From sequence record NC_133255.1: a stretch of DNA of 64,000 bases; one strand, 5' to 3'. The notes beneath the pieces were generated by a model, which saw nothing but the letters and a program-made list of their open reading frames with translations, was not told where the DNA came from and made no database searches. Source of the DNA: Escherichia phage vB_EcoS-26175I. Within the stretch, counting starts at the first letter, position 1; every line of letters starts with the position of its first letter. Made by a program: the position numbers and the translations under genes. This document shows positions 21,769-32,730 of this stretch, piece after piece.

Positions 21769-22251
21769 TTAAGCCTCCGGCGCAGGGTTGATAGTTGTTA
21801 CACACTCATTAGAAGTAATGGAAGTAGATTTACTATCCGTTACAACAACTTTGTAAGTACCAGCATCTTCTGCAGCAGCTGTAGCTTTGTTGAAATTAGG
21901 GCCAGTAACACCACTTAGTGGAGAACCGTCTTTAGTCCAAGCATAGGTATATGGTGCAGTACCACCAGTAACTGTTACGCCCAGATTAATTGCTGCACCA
22001 GTATCAACAGCTAGAGTTTTAGCCAGATTCTTTGTGAAAGCTAGTGCCGGAACAACCGGAGCGGTAATTTCGTATGCTTCTTTGAACTTGTTCCAAACCT
22101 TGCGGTTGGTATGTGCAGTGGTCATTCCAAACTCTTTACGTAGAGTAGCGTAGTTTGGAACGAACTTGTGTGCTGCAACCGTAGCAAAGAAGATATGAGA
22201 TTCTGGCAGCTTTTCACCAAAAATGGCCTTTAGACCATCATAATCAATCAT
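21769..22251 (-). CDS. capsid decoration protein with Ig-like domain (T5 pb10-like)
   Basis: 160-aa ORF; C-terminal Ig-like pattern (GTYKVVVTDSKSTSITS). Confidence 0.6.
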   Translation of the reverse strand: MIDYDGLKAIFGEKLPESHIFFATVAAHKFVPNYATLRKEFGMTTAHTNRKVWNKFKEAYEITAPVVPALAFTKNLAKTLAVDTGAAINLGVTVTGGTAPYTYAWTKDGSPLSGVTGPNFNKATAAAEDAGTYKVVVTDSKSTSITSNECVTTINPAPEA

Positions 22252-23465
22252 TCTTTATCCCCATCGGCAGTGCCTTGCGGTCTACCACCTTCTTGACCAG
22301 ATACACCTGTTGCAGAACCAGCAACGTTAGCAGGAATACGAATCTTATTCATCTGCTCATCATCTAAAGGTTCAAGGTTAAGCTCTTCACGAGCTTCGTT
22401 ACCAGTCATGATACCGTTATTAACCAAAGAGGTTAAATGTTTAGCCTCAGCTTCTTTATCTGGCGTCAGTGCAGCTACTTCCTTAGTGTTAGGAGTAACC
22501 TTGTAGCCAAAGAAGAAAGTAAGAGAACTAGTCAGTTTGTTCAGCATAGGAATGATAGTCATGTAATAGAACAATTCGATGTTTGGTCGAATGTTAGCAT
22601 TATTACCACCATCAAGTAACACTTGCGGAACACCAAAGGCAAGACAGATGGATTTATTAAATCCTTCGATATCTTCCTTGAAGTCTAGATCTTTAAAAGA
22701 GGATATTTGGGAGTACGGTTTTGCTTTCATACCACCATCTAGAATCAGGACAGTAGACTGACCCGTACTAGGATTATAATCGAGTTGTAATTCTTCTTGT
22801 TTACGCTCACGCAATTTCTTGTTCAGGATTTCATCCGTCTCAAGAATAAGACCAATCACAGTGCCGTTATCGAGGAACTTCTCTTTAAAGTTAAGCATTT
22901 TAGAACGCTTCTCAAGAGAGTCAATAACTGTAGCAACACGAGATTGTCCAGAAATTTGGGAGTTTGTGCCACACACGTAACTGTTATCCTTTATAAAGAT
23001 AATCTCATCTACGCGATAGTCTATCTGGTTATTAAATATGAATTTTTTGATAAACTTATTGGCATCTGCCTCTACTTGCATTAGTGCAGCAGGGACATGG
23101 TAAAGTGCTGTGCCATCCCAATAGATGTATGCACAACCCTCAAAAAGTAGATCAGTGACTACAAGTCTACGGAATGTGCTTATATCCATGAATGGATTAG
23201 GTCGTACATTTAAGAGAGTGTCTAGAGTCTTTGCCTTGACGCCGTTAGCGTACGTGACAATATTATATTTATCTCCGACAGTATAAGAACACTCCGCCGC
23301 ACTATCGATAACCATGTTAGCAGTTCGGTTGAGAATCTCAATCTTACTGTAGGCTTGTCCAGTGGTAAATGGCTTACGGTTAGTGCGATGACTAACTGGT
23401 TCCATGTCTCTTATAATACGTTGACCCGGATTTAGCTTTTCAGTAATCCAGCTTTTTAAACCCAT
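22248..23465 (-). CDS. portal protein (T5 pb7-like)
   Basis: 405-aa ORF downstream of terminase/HNH; size and synteny. Confidence 0.7.
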   Translation of the reverse strand: MGLKSWITEKLNPGQRIIRDMEPVSHRTNRKPFTTGQAYSKIEILNRTANMVIDSAAECSYTVGDKYNIVTYANGVKAKTLDTLLNVRPNPFMDISTFRRLVVTDLLFEGCAYIYWDGTALYHVPAALMQVEADANKFIKKFIFNNQIDYRVDEIIFIKDNSYVCGTNSQISGQSRVATVIDSLEKRSKMLNFKEKFLDNGTVIGLILETDEILNKKLRERKQEELQLDYNPSTGQSTVLILDGGMKAKPYSQISSFKDLDFKEDIEGFNKSICLAFGVPQVLLDGGNNANIRPNIELFYYMTIIPMLNKLTSSLTFFFGYKVTPNTKEVAALTPDKEAEAKHLTSLVNNGIMTGNEAREELNLEPLDDEQMNKIRIPANVAGSATGVSGQEGGRPQGTADGDKE

Positions 23466-23989
23466 TATAAGAACCTTGCGAATCCTGATTTAGTTTCAGT
23501 CTTGACTTGTGTCTTTTCTTGAGGATTCTGTAGCTTTTCCTTTTGTTTAAGAACCCATACCTTCTGCTTATTAGCAGAGAAAAGGGGTGGTTCTTTAGTG
23601 TACACCTTATGTAATAGTTGGTGATGGTGGACACAAAGGGTAACAGTGTCATCTACTAGCTCATGCCTATATCTTTCATAGAATGCCGTCCTATTTGAGA
23701 GGACTGTTTCTTCGTCAGTGAAATCCAATTGGAGTTCTTTAGCAAATTTTTTAACTAGTAGAGACACTGTATGGTAATGATGAAGTTCTAATTCTTCACC
23801 ACAACCACAGATTTCGCAGCGATTGGCTTTTTTATATTGACTTTTTATACCGTCTCGCATGAGTGATATAGCATCACGTTTATATTTTACATTTCCTGCC
23901 ACAGTATTCTCCTCAACTGTATGAATATAGTATACATAATCATGTCGAATTTGTAAAGGGGATTTTAAAATGCAGGAATGGGATACCAA
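23465..23989 (-). CDS. HNH endonuclease (packaging-associated)
   Basis: 174-aa ORF; CEICGC...HHYH...CVHHHQLLH zinc/HNH motif; sits between terminase and portal. Confidence 0.7.
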   Translation of the reverse strand: MVSHSCILKSPLQIRHDYVYYIHTVEENTVAGNVKYKRDAISLMRDGIKSQYKKANRCEICGCGEELELHHYHTVSLLVKKFAKELQLDFTDEETVLSNRTAFYERYRHELVDDTVTLCVHHHQLLHKVYTKEPPLFSANKQKVWVLKQKEKLQNPQEKTQVKTETKSGFARFL

Positions 23990-24016
23990 CTGAGTAGTAT
24001 CCTATCCTATACTTAT

Positions 24017-25333
24017 TTATTTCCCACGGGAAATTGAGTAAATTCCATAACGCAGTGCATCACAAAGGTGAGAGTTCGCATCATGACGTGGTTTTTCACG
24101 TGATAATTTCTCTTCGCCTTCCTGGAAGTCCCACTTGTAGTTCGCTAGGGCGTGGATCAATGAGGTACATGAAGCATCTACGATGATCTTACCTTGCTGG
24201 AACAGTGCTTGCAGGCATGCCAGACCATCTAGGACAGATTTCTTAGCAGGAGCAGAAGCGATTTCATGTTCATATGCCAAGTCCTGACGGAACTGAGCAG
24301 CAGCGGAGTCTACAAATATACGATCAACATTATAACGATCTATGCAGTGCTGGATATAAGCAGCGTGTTGGGCTGTAGTCTTTTCAGCCTGCTGATACTC
24401 TTCTAGTATGTAATAAACATCAGTGTCATAGTGATACTTAATAGTAAGAACTGCCGTAGGATCACGATAACCAACGTCGATACCAAGTAATGTTTCGAAA
24501 GCCTCAGCATCTTTAAAGAAGTGACGCATACCTTTGAGATCTTTAACGTGCTCGATAGCATTGAAGGTATCAAAGATCTGACCTTCGAATACAGAGAAGT
24601 CAGCCTCATATTCTTGACGGAAATAGTTTTTACTAACAGTACGACGCGCTTCTTCGATATCGTTCAGGTCAGCACGTGGGTTATCACGATATGTACCATG
24701 AATAGATACCCAATTAGGTAGCGTTTCGTTAAATCCTTTCTCATAGAACTCTTTGAACCAATTACCCCCACGAGGAGTAGAGATAAATAGAGCTTTAGAG
24801 TTTGGCTTATCTAGGGTAGGACGTAACTGAATATCGAAAGCTGCACCACCAACGTCGGAAATCGCTGCTTCGTCAAAAATGATGAAGTCATATGAACGAC
24901 CAACCGCGGAGTCAGCCTGCGCCGCGGAAGCCAGTTTAAAGAGTGAACCATTCGCTAATTCAATCTCTTTATCTTTGGCGTTCTCACGTTCAGTCTGTAA
25001 TCCATACTTTTTAATAAGACCACGAATCTGTGACCAACCAATGTTAGCCAGTGAATAGTTAGGTGCTACTACTAGCACCTTTACATTAGGCTCCAGAAGC
25101 TTCAGAAACCCAAGAGTATATGCGATGAACGACTTACCTACACGACGTGATACACATGCAGTTACGAAACGGTGTCTTGGGTCTTCCAATGCATTAATAA
25201 TTGCAATCTGAGGGGCATTAGGTGTAATCCCCTCTTGAGCTAGAATGCTAGAGACTGGCAGACGGAAAAATCGTTTGTCAATACCAAAGTCAATAACATC
25301 TGTGGTGTTAATATAGTCTCTAGAGACTTTCAT
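24017..25333 (-). CDS. terminase large subunit
   Basis: 438-aa ORF; Walker A (VSRRVGKS) and Walker B (YDFIIFDEAA) motifs; C-terminal nuclease-like region. Confidence 0.9.
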   Translation of the reverse strand: MKVSRDYINTTDVIDFGIDKRFFRLPVSSILAQEGITPNAPQIAIINALEDPRHRFVTACVSRRVGKSFIAYTLGFLKLLEPNVKVLVVAPNYSLANIGWSQIRGLIKKYGLQTERENAKDKEIELANGSLFKLASAAQADSAVGRSYDFIIFDEAAISDVGGAAFDIQLRPTLDKPNSKALFISTPRGGNWFKEFYEKGFNETLPNWVSIHGTYRDNPRADLNDIEEARRTVSKNYFRQEYEADFSVFEGQIFDTFNAIEHVKDLKGMRHFFKDAEAFETLLGIDVGYRDPTAVLTIKYHYDTDVYYILEEYQQAEKTTAQHAAYIQHCIDRYNVDRIFVDSAAAQFRQDLAYEHEIASAPAKKSVLDGLACLQALFQQGKIIVDASCTSLIHALANYKWDFQEGEEKLSREKPRHDANSHLCDALRYGIYSISRGK

Positions 25334-25815
25334 TATCTCTTACCTCCTCCTGCTAGAGCGGTAATAAGATTCATATAGTTTTCGTCACCACTTCCAGCAA
25401 TAATATTATTCTGAATGTTAGTCTGGTTAGCTGGAGTACGGGCTGCTGCCTTCACTTTCTCCAGTTCTACCATCATTTTCATTTCTTCCATCTTCATCTT
25501 GTGCGCCTTCCAGAGAATATCCATGATATCCTGGTCAGAACCCATGCCAGTTTCTTCGAGTTCTTCCAACTTGCGCTTGATAACTTCATCAAGAACTCCG
25601 AATAAGCGGTCACGATTACGGAAGCCACTTTCCATAAAGATATCGTTGAGATAGTTTTTAACTTCCCCACGATTCATTATATCACGGAATGCAATCTCGG
25701 ACATTCCAAGACTACGAGCGGCGGCAGGAACATCACTACCGCACTGTAAATAGGCTTCAATAACATCCATGCCTTCGGGAGACATGAGATCGGGAACTAA
25801 TACATCATTTGCCAT
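25333..25815 (-). CDS. terminase small subunit (putative)
   Basis: 160-aa ORF overlapping start of large subunit; N-terminal HTH-like [15 protein letters not shown]. Confidence 0.55.
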   Translation of the reverse strand: MANDVLVPDLMSPEGMDVIEAYLQCGSDVPAAARSLGMSEIAFRDIMNRGEVKNYLNDIFMESGFRNRDRLFGVLDEVIKRKLEELEETGMGSDQDIMDILWKAHKMKMEEMKMMVELEKVKAAARTPANQTNIQNNIIAGSGDENYMNLITALAGGGKR

Positions 25816-25825
25816 ATATCCTCCT

Positions 25826-27598
25826 TTAGGTTAGGCGTTGAACTGTTACACGTAGTCTTGGTAAGAAAACAGCTGCCTGAGATCCAGCATGTATAATAAC
25901 ACCAAACTCAACGTTACCATTACCAAGGTTCTTTACTGTATAGATATATCCATTCCTACGAAATTCCATTTCTGGACTACTAGCCCATACTTGCCAATAG
26001 CTATAAGAAGAAGTCCCATGATAGGGTACTAGATGTCCGGGTGGTAAAGTCAATATTTGATGGAATACTCCGTCACCTGCAGTATAACTCTGCTGACGTC
26101 TACCCTGTACCTGCCACGCACTACCTGCATACGTACGAATTGGTTGTCCGGCAGTATTAATGTTACCCATGATAACTTCGCTAGTTAGGATGATAGTAGA
26201 ATGGGCATTAGGTAACCCTAACCAAACAGTTGATAGAGGAAGATAGTAATCTCCAGTACCGGGGTATGAAGGAGTAATATCATCTCCAACATACGTACTA
26301 GCCACGTTATTTGGAAATAATCGGAGAGGAACTGTACTTGGACTCCACACAGCCCCATGTTCATTACCAATAGAGTTAGTGTTAGTATCTACGTACCACT
26401 GCTTACCTGCGTTAAATTTGTAGATACTAATCTGGGAGGCAGCACCACCATAGTTTACAGGGGACCATAGACTACCATTATTAGACCCAATGAACTCACA
26501 TCTGGCGGTTGTATCGCCAAAAACTCCAGTATACGCGGCATTATTACCTACATACTCCATGTCGGGACGATAACCCAAGTTCCCAAAAGCATTCTGGTTA
26601 ATGAACTTATATCCAGTGTTAGGGAGACTAACTCCTTTAATAGTAAAGTTTGAAGGAGATATAAGAATATCAGAGCCAGTAAATGGGGTTCCAGAAACAC
26701 TTATATTACCATTTGAGTAACGTAGATTCAGTACATACCAAATAACTTTAGTCGGAGTGATATTATACCAATCCTGAACATAAACGGTGTTAACAGACTG
26801 ACTAGCCATGTTACTAGCGGACCCTCTACATGCATAAACTAGATTACTGGGATTGTAGAATACGTTGGTATTCGCAGGAACTTCTCTTTTCTTTCCGATG
26901 TAGCTACGAATGTTAGAGCTACATACATAAAAATGATTATGCCCCCTACCGGCAGACCCAATAGGGTTATACCAGTTAGGATCCCAGTATTTAGCATTTC
27001 CACCATCCAAAGGTACAGTACTAGACCCCTTAGGGAAGCCTAGTAAGTCATAAGCTCTCGCAATAGCTTCGCCTGCAGGTACAAAGCCACCTGGCCTTAC
27101 TATACCAAAATCAGAACCCTGAATTAGTGTACCCCCTGTACCTTGACGTGCTATAGATTCTTCATGACCTATTGAACTATTGTATATATAAGTACCACTA
27201 GCTAAACTATCCCCAATAGCAAAGGCGGAACTTAGTCCTACAGCAGCAAATGCTCGTGAGGGCTCTTCTGCAAAAGTAAGATACTGACCTACCTGCGATT
27301 GTGTACCATTGAGAAACCCCCTATGTGTACCATTAATCTCAATAGCAGTAAGGATTACTCTACCGGGATCATTAGACTTCATATTAATGATATCAGGAGG
27401 CATCGCACAAACAAAATACCCATTACCAGCGTTACCTAGAGCAGCCTCATATGTTCCATCTACTAGAACGAAGGGCATATCAGAGTGAAATATTGTGTTA
27501 CCCCCAGGACTGTAATGCTCATTGGTGTCTCCACCATTATTATTTGTTAGTGATAACACTGTTTTACCATCACTAAACTTTCCTGCGAAAAAACCCAT
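25826..27598 (-). CDS. receptor-binding tail protein (T5 pb5/Oad-like)
   Basis: 590-aa ORF at the position of T5 oad, divergent from an Llp-like lipoprotein gene. Confidence 0.6.
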   Translation of the reverse strand: MGFFAGKFSDGKTVLSLTNNNGGDTNEHYSPGGNTIFHSDMPFVLVDGTYEAALGNAGNGYFVCAMPPDIINMKSNDPGRVILTAIEINGTHRGFLNGTQSQVGQYLTFAEEPSRAFAAVGLSSAFAIGDSLASGTYIYNSSIGHEESIARQGTGGTLIQGSDFGIVRPGGFVPAGEAIARAYDLLGFPKGSSTVPLDGGNAKYWDPNWYNPIGSAGRGHNHFYVCSSNIRSYIGKKREVPANTNVFYNPSNLVYACRGSASNMASQSVNTVYVQDWYNITPTKVIWYVLNLRYSNGNISVSGTPFTGSDILISPSNFTIKGVSLPNTGYKFINQNAFGNLGYRPDMEYVGNNAAYTGVFGDTTARCEFIGSNNGSLWSPVNYGGAASQISIYKFNAGKQWYVDTNTNSIGNEHGAVWSPSTVPLRLFPNNVASTYVGDDITPSYPGTGDYYLPLSTVWLGLPNAHSTIILTSEVIMGNINTAGQPIRTYAGSAWQVQGRRQQSYTAGDGVFHQILTLPPGHLVPYHGTSSYSYWQVWASSPEMEFRRNGYIYTVKNLGNGNVEFGVIIHAGSQAAVFLPRLRVTVQRLT

Positions 27599-27681
27599 AT
27601 AATCTCCTAAGTTAAAAATGTAGTTGCTCTGTTCCTATTATTTTGTTATAATATATTTATAAATTGAACTGGAGAACTAAA

Positions 27682-27948
27682 ATGAAAAAATTACTAATCG
27701 CTTTAGCTGCTGTAACGATGTTGTCTGGCTGTGCACCACAACCTAAACCATTTTGTGTAGCCTATGTAAAAACTTCATGGGCTACCGGAACACAGCACTA
27801 TAGCTTAACAATCCGAGATGTTCGTGAAGTAGGATATCGTTTCCCTAAAACTCAGTTACGCACTAAATTCGGTTGGTGGGACTTATCACAATTCGACTTA
27901 AAATACGGTGATTGTAAATTTAATCTCGAACAATCTGGATACTTGTAA
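27682..27948 (+). CDS. llp: Llp-like receptor-blocking lipoprotein (superinfection exclusion)
   Basis: 88-aa ORF from ATG 27682 (GGAG RBS); signal peptide MKKLLIALAAVTMLSGC with lipobox; divergent from RBP gene as in T5. Confidence 0.7.
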   Translation: MKKLLIALAAVTMLSGCAPQPKPFCVAYVKTSWATGTQHYSLTIRDVREVGYRFPKTQLRTKFGWWDLSQFDLKYGDCKFNLEQSGYL

Positions 27949-28275
27949 TTAGTATAAATTAAAAAGATCTCGAAGTAAACAAAAATTTTTATTTCTGGGA
28001 TGAGGTACAGGTAGCAAACACAAAGCAAGATGAAGAAAAGTCCTTTCAGGAACCTGTTAACTTTGAAATAGATCCCAGGACTAAAGCAATACATGATGCA
28101 GTTAACGAAATCATTCAAGACGTCATGGAAGATACAATAGAAGACGTGATGGGAACATCCTTCTTACTAGAAGAATCCGGCTTCGAGGAAGTAATGGATC
28201 TTATCGGGACAGTCATAATGGTTCGTGCAATTGCTAGGATATTCCAAATACCAGGACTACAGGAGAAGCAAAGAG

Positions 28276-28407
28276 ATGTCAGACGACAGAAGAAAGAACA
28301 GACGCGGGGAAGTGTACGAAAGTTGGATAAATAGTTTCGGATTCGGGACTGTGTTATTCTTTATCTTTGTACTCTTTTGGTTAGCGGCTATGGCGGGGTG
28401 GTTATAA
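28276..28407 (+). CDS. small membrane protein (43 aa)
   Basis: Internal ATG of ORF 28225..28407 with GGAGA upstream; hydrophobic C-terminus FGFGTVLFFIFVLFWLAAMAGWL. Confidence 0.35.
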   Translation: MSDDRRKNRRGEVYESWINSFGFGTVLFFIFVLFWLAAMAGWL

Positions 28408-28510
28408 TGGAAGTAGTGATTATTGCATTACTAGTTGTGGTAATTATCGGGCAGTGCATCTTAGATAACCATTTAGCTCGTATAGAACGTAAGCTGCGGG
28501 GGGATAAATA

Positions 28511-28705
28511 ATGGATTGGTTAGGACTTATTACACTTGTAGTATGGCTTGTCTGGATTGTTGGATATATGACGTCACACCGTAATCGCATACAGCGACTA
28601 GAGGATAAAGTCACCCAGCTGAATATTAATATGGATAAGTTACTGGACTCCCAACGTAATGATCGGGCACGTATTCACCAACTTGAGAGGGAATTAGATG
28701 TTTAG
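28511..28705 (+). CDS. small membrane protein
   Basis: 64-aa ORF, N-terminal TM helix WLGLITLVVWLVWIVGY. Confidence 0.45.
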   Translation: MDWLGLITLVVWLVWIVGYMTSHRNRIQRLEDKVTQLNINMDKLLDSQRNDRARIHQLERELDV

Positions 28706-28943
28706 CTTTGTAGCTATCTTCATTATCGGGGTGCTTGCTGGAATCTTCGGAACACTCGGGGCGATTAACAAACATCGTGAATATGTTGCGGGAGTATCGC
28801 GGGAGCTTTCGGAAAGAGAGCGGAGGTTTGCGGAGAAACGTGCGGAGTTTGAGCGAGAGTGGTCGGATGGATCTCGGGCGTCGCGGAGGAGATTTCGTAT
28901 GTCAGAATCAGGAGACAAGCCGGTAGACCGGTGTTCCTCCTAA
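28698..28943 (+). CDS. small membrane protein
   Basis: 81-aa ORF, N-terminal TM helix, Arg/Glu-rich tail; followed by terminator. Confidence 0.45.
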   Translation: MFSFVAIFIIGVLAGIFGTLGAINKHREYVAGVSRELSERERRFAEKRAEFEREWSDGSRASRRRFRMSESGDKPVDRCSS

Positions 28944-29057
28944 GTTAGCGCTAATTACCAATTCTCGAAATCTCATAAGATTACACATGCGGGTGGGCCC
29001 AGAGGTTCCCTAGATGAGAATGAGTCTCATTACCGCCCCGATACTTAGCAAGCTAAT

Positions 29058-29103
29058 AGTCACACCATGTTATCATTACACAGTGTGACTATTTTATTTT
29101 TAA
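29058..29103 (+). terminator. rho-independent terminator ending the llp-side plus-strand unit
   Basis: Inverted repeat agtcacac...gtgtgact followed by ATTTTATTTTTAAT. Confidence 0.5.
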
Positions 29104-29106
29104 TTG

Positions 29107-29841
29107 TTAGGCAACTTTTAATTTGTCGATGAATTGTTGCGGAGTGGTACTATATTCCGCGCGTTCTTCCTCGGTCATACCTTCCCAACACATTTTTAAA
29201 CGGTCGGCTAGGAATTGATAATCATTATCATCATCTAACGATTCATCAATAAAGGTTTCACCGATCAATGTTACGCCGATTGATAGGATATCATTAACGG
29301 CTTGAGCGTCCAGCGTTTTAAACCCAGCATTTGCTGCCGCTGATAATACACCTTTATGATCATCAATCATCGTAAAATCAGCATTAGGATATAGCTGCTT
29401 AAATAGTTCAAAGTAATAAGATTTATATACAGCATCTTTGCTGTGGTATATTTCGCTAACCTTATCCGCTTCAAAGTATTTATGTAATGTATCGCGGGAA
29501 AATACGCGGATATTACTATTTCCGCGCCCTCGCAAGCCTTGTTTGCGTAAATAAAAGTAATCACTTTTAGACATAAGGCGAGCGGTACAAATAATATTTA
29601 AAGTATTTGCATCATTCATACATTGGCGCATATATTCAACCAATGGCAATAAAGAATCCTGCATAATTAAATCATGCTTACAGGCTTCGCGGGAATATTT
29701 ATTTAAATCTAAATTCCCGTTATCATCAAAGCAAGGTGCTACACGATGGAAAGAATTTATAATCGTTCCATCTAAATCCCAAATCATAACGCGGGAAATA
29801 TGAGGGAAAGTGCGGGTAATATTCATGTTAACTTGATTCAT
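29107..29841 (-). CDS. dmp: 5'-deoxyribonucleotidase Dmp (HAD-family, pre-early)
   Basis: 244-aa ORF; HAD motif I WDLDGTII; size and first position in pre-early block as T5 dmp. Confidence 0.75.
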   Translation of the reverse strand: MNQVNMNITRTFPHISRVMIWDLDGTIINSFHRVAPCFDDNGNLDLNKYSREACKHDLIMQDSLLPLVEYMRQCMNDANTLNIICTARLMSKSDYFYLRKQGLRGRGNSNIRVFSRDTLHKYFEADKVSEIYHSKDAVYKSYYFELFKQLYPNADFTMIDDHKGVLSAAANAGFKTLDAQAVNDILSIGVTLIGETFIDESLDDDNDYQFLADRLKMCWEGMTEEERAEYSTTPQQFIDKLKVA

Positions 29842-29920
29842 TTGTTTCTCCTGTTAAGGGTAGTTAGTTCAATCTTGCCAGCTAATTATATTAGATTAGC
29901 TGGCAATGTTCAATTAACTA

Positions 29921-30313
29921 TTAGTTAGTGAGGCCATACGCTAGCGCGTCACCGATAAAGGAAAGGTCTTCACCATGTACACTAGAACGGATACCCGCGC
30001 AAGTATAAACCATTGCGCTAGCTTCGGGATTGCAGACCGGACACGGCTTAACAACCGCAAATGCTAGACCGGATTTAAGCGCATCAATAATGATTGTTTG
30101 CACTGTCAAAGTATCAGCGTAAACGCCTTTTGCTTTCGTATGGCTTGCCACTTTGCCGGTATCATAAGCAAAGGTAGTAACCTGCAAAGCATCGTTATAA
30201 TTCAGCAAATCGAAATTAACTTGCCCCGCTTCGACGTGATAACGCTCGCCGTTAGAATAAACTAGAACGATGGAAGAAGTAGCGCGGTCAAAAGGAATGT
30301 TTTGGTTTTTCAT
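29921..30313 (-). CDS. hypothetical pre-early protein
   Basis: 130-aa ORF in pre-early block. Confidence 0.45.
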   Translation of the reverse strand: MKNQNIPFDRATSSIVLVYSNGERYHVEAGQVNFDLLNYNDALQVTTFAYDTGKVASHTKAKGVYADTLTVQTIIIDALKSGLAFAVVKPCPVCNPEASAMVYTCAGIRSSVHGEDLSFIGDALAYGLTN

Positions 30314-30345
30314 GTTTATGACTCCAGATTATTTAATTACGGGAT

Positions 30346-30624
30346 TTATTGAAAAAATACATTTAAAGATAAATCAGTTTTACGAAAATATGTTTCGTCG
30401 CCGTCTTTCCTTTCTTGATTAAGGTAATCGCCTGTCATTACCTGAATAGAATCTTTTCCGAAAAAGATCATATTTTCGCCAATATTACTATCCCATACGG
30501 CGTACATTCCCGCGTACATTCCACGGGTAACTAAATAAACGCAACTATCAAAAGACATTTCCGACCATGCAATATCTTCTAAACAATTGCTATCAGGGAT
30601 AGATATATTAATTTTACTAGCCAT
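30346..30624 (-). CDS. hypothetical pre-early protein
   Basis: 92-aa ORF in pre-early block. Confidence 0.4.
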   Translation of the reverse strand: MASKINISIPDSNCLEDIAWSEMSFDSCVYLVTRGMYAGMYAVWDSNIGENMIFFGKDSIQVMTGDYLNQERKDGDETYFRKTDLSLNVFFQ

Positions 30625-30676
30625 TTAATAAACCTTTTATTAATGGCGGTATATTTCAACCGCCGATTAAATTTAA

Positions 30677-32479
30677 TTATGCAAAGAATTTACCGTTTTT
30701 GAAATCAATCAAAGTACGTTGCCCGTTTGCATAGGTAATTAAATGCGTTTGCGTCCAGCTACTAGCGCCAACGTTGTAGCCCATATCAAGGGAACCAGCA
30801 ACGCCAGCGGTATAAACGCCGCCGTAAATGCTAGCCGTGTGAGTGTGACCAGTGTTAAGGCGTCCCAACTTTTTAAACTGCTTAGGGTTGCCCCGACTGC
30901 CGTTAATGCCATTGTGACCATGTACGCCGCACTCAATGCCAGCGATTTTAAATGATTGGTCAGTAGTTAAGAAAATGGCGTTAAATACACATCCTGCAAC
31001 GTAGCGAAGGGCGTAATCCAATACGTTAAAGGTATCATTCTGTTTTGCAATTGCAGAGTAAATCGCAGCGTTTAAGCTGTGGTATAGTTCGGCGTTTGCG
31101 GGGTCGTCTTTAATGTTAGCGTTACGATCATCTAGCCAGCGTGAAAGAGCTAAATCATGGTTAGATTCAACAATGATTGTTTGAGAGAAATCACGCTCCA
31201 TTGATTCTAAAACGCGTCCAGTATCGATAAGATCATCTAAAACCTTGTCACGTCCTGCGGCGTACTGTTTAGCAAGGAATACACCACTTGCGCGGTTATG
31301 ATGATTGCGGGATGTAAAATCGTGTACGTCATGGATAAACTGATATTTCGGTTTAAGAATATCAAGCAAGCTGTTTTCACTAGCCCATGATGCAACGGCG
31401 CAATCATCATCTAATTTTTCGGCGTGAATATCGCCATATTGCAAGCCTAGAACATGATCGGACGTTTCAAAACATCCGGTAGGCATAGCGCAAACATTCA
31501 AATCATAGAACATTCCGCTTTCATCCATTGTTTCAAGCTGGCGCGCAAAAAATTCGCCGTCGTCGTCAAACTCCACCAGCAAAGCGCCGAAATTATGCAA
31601 CGCCTCAGCTTTTTGACCTGCTTTCTGCTGAATGTAGTTTTTAAGTGTAGCCGTTCCAGTTGAATACATACGGCGCACTACTTCACCTTTTAACGCTGGC
31701 ACACTTTCAGCGGTGATTTTAGCGTGACCAATTGCCAGACCTTCGATATTTAAAGCGGTGGCGGTTTCTGCGAATCCTGAAAGCGGATAATCAGCCGTGG
31801 GCAAAACGTTAATTTCAGCCATGAAAGCAAAGCGGCGGTTATTTAAAAATACGTTTTTATCACAAACATATTTATCAAATGCGGGATCGTATTTAATACC
31901 GTTTGCACCTTCCCCGTTCTGGAATCCATTTTTATTATAAATGAATTTACTGATTAGCAATTCAGCGCCGATATATTCAGCGAATTTTTCCAGACTTGCT
32001 AAAAAGTTTTTATGCGGGAAAGTATTATTTTGAACCGACGTTAGAATAAAACGGCGACCGGATTTAACTTCCCATTGTTCAACGGTACTAGAAACAATTC
32101 CCGCCGCTTCTGGACGATCATCATTTTTAATCGCCTTTTCAGCTTTTGCCGCTTTCGGTTTCGCTGGCTTATTTGCTTCCAGCCAGTCACAAATTGCGGT
32201 CGAATGTTTCGGCGTATCATAAACAGCTTTTGAAATATCGTCGCAAACTTCCAATTTAGTAGCGCGTAAACGCTTACCATAGAAATTAAAATCAGCGGCC
32301 ATTTTCAAAATTTGAGCTTGTTTTTCTGCGGAAATATTCATAACTAAATCAACTCCTATAAAGGGATAAATATTAATACTGGCAATATTGCCAAATATAA
32401 TGCCTTGCCCGAAGTGGGGACTTTTAAAGGCATTATAATTTGCAACATTATTCCGATAAAATAAATTGCACTTGTTCAA
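30677..32479 (-). CDS. A1: A1-like pre-early protein, calcineurin-like metallophosphoesterase
   Basis: 600-aa ORF; phosphoesterase motifs GDIHAEKLDDD and GHTHTASIYGG; position next to dmp and A2-like gene. Confidence 0.7.
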   Translation of the reverse strand: MNKCNLFYRNNVANYNAFKSPHFGQGIIFGNIASINIYPFIGVDLVMNISAEKQAQILKMAADFNFYGKRLRATKLEVCDDISKAVYDTPKHSTAICDWLEANKPAKPKAAKAEKAIKNDDRPEAAGIVSSTVEQWEVKSGRRFILTSVQNNTFPHKNFLASLEKFAEYIGAELLISKFIYNKNGFQNGEGANGIKYDPAFDKYVCDKNVFLNNRRFAFMAEINVLPTADYPLSGFAETATALNIEGLAIGHAKITAESVPALKGEVVRRMYSTGTATLKNYIQQKAGQKAEALHNFGALLVEFDDDGEFFARQLETMDESGMFYDLNVCAMPTGCFETSDHVLGLQYGDIHAEKLDDDCAVASWASENSLLDILKPKYQFIHDVHDFTSRNHHNRASGVFLAKQYAAGRDKVLDDLIDTGRVLESMERDFSQTIIVESNHDLALSRWLDDRNANIKDDPANAELYHSLNAAIYSAIAKQNDTFNVLDYALRYVAGCVFNAIFLTTDQSFKIAGIECGVHGHNGINGSRGNPKQFKKLGRLNTGHTHTASIYGGVYTAGVAGSLDMGYNVGASSWTQTHLITYANGQRTLIDFKNGKFFA

Positions 32480-32681
32480 TTACCGAAAGAATAAGCGCGG
32501 TAATAATAAAGAATCTAGCCAGCCATAAGGCGCTATTTTGAGACTGTAAAAGCCATTTAGTATTTGTAACACTAATTGCTTTATTAGCGTATTCAAGGCA
32601 AAGTGAACCGAATTTATATTCTAGAGTATAGAATAATGCCGCCATGAAATAACAAGCTAGAACTATATAAATGTTAATCAC
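32448..32681 (-). CDS. small membrane protein
   Basis: 77-aa ORF with two hydrophobic segments; 3' end overlaps A1 start. Confidence 0.4.
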   Translation of the reverse strand: MINIYIVLACYFMAALFYTLEYKFGSLCLEYANKAISVTNTKWLLQSQNSALWLARFFIITALILSVIEQVQFILSE

Positions 32682-32730
32682 TAAATTCTCCTTTAAGGGA
32701 TAGCGGGGAATAATCCCCGCTAATTAAAAT

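Noticed and set aside
23440-23652. 70-aa minus-strand ORF
   Set aside because: Alternative frame overlapping the portal/HNH junction; no independent support.
28125-28334. 69-aa plus-strand ORF MEDTIEDVMG...
   Set aside because: Overlaps in another frame the better-supported small membrane ORF 28276-28407 and lacks a convincing RBS; retained only as a possibility in the findings.
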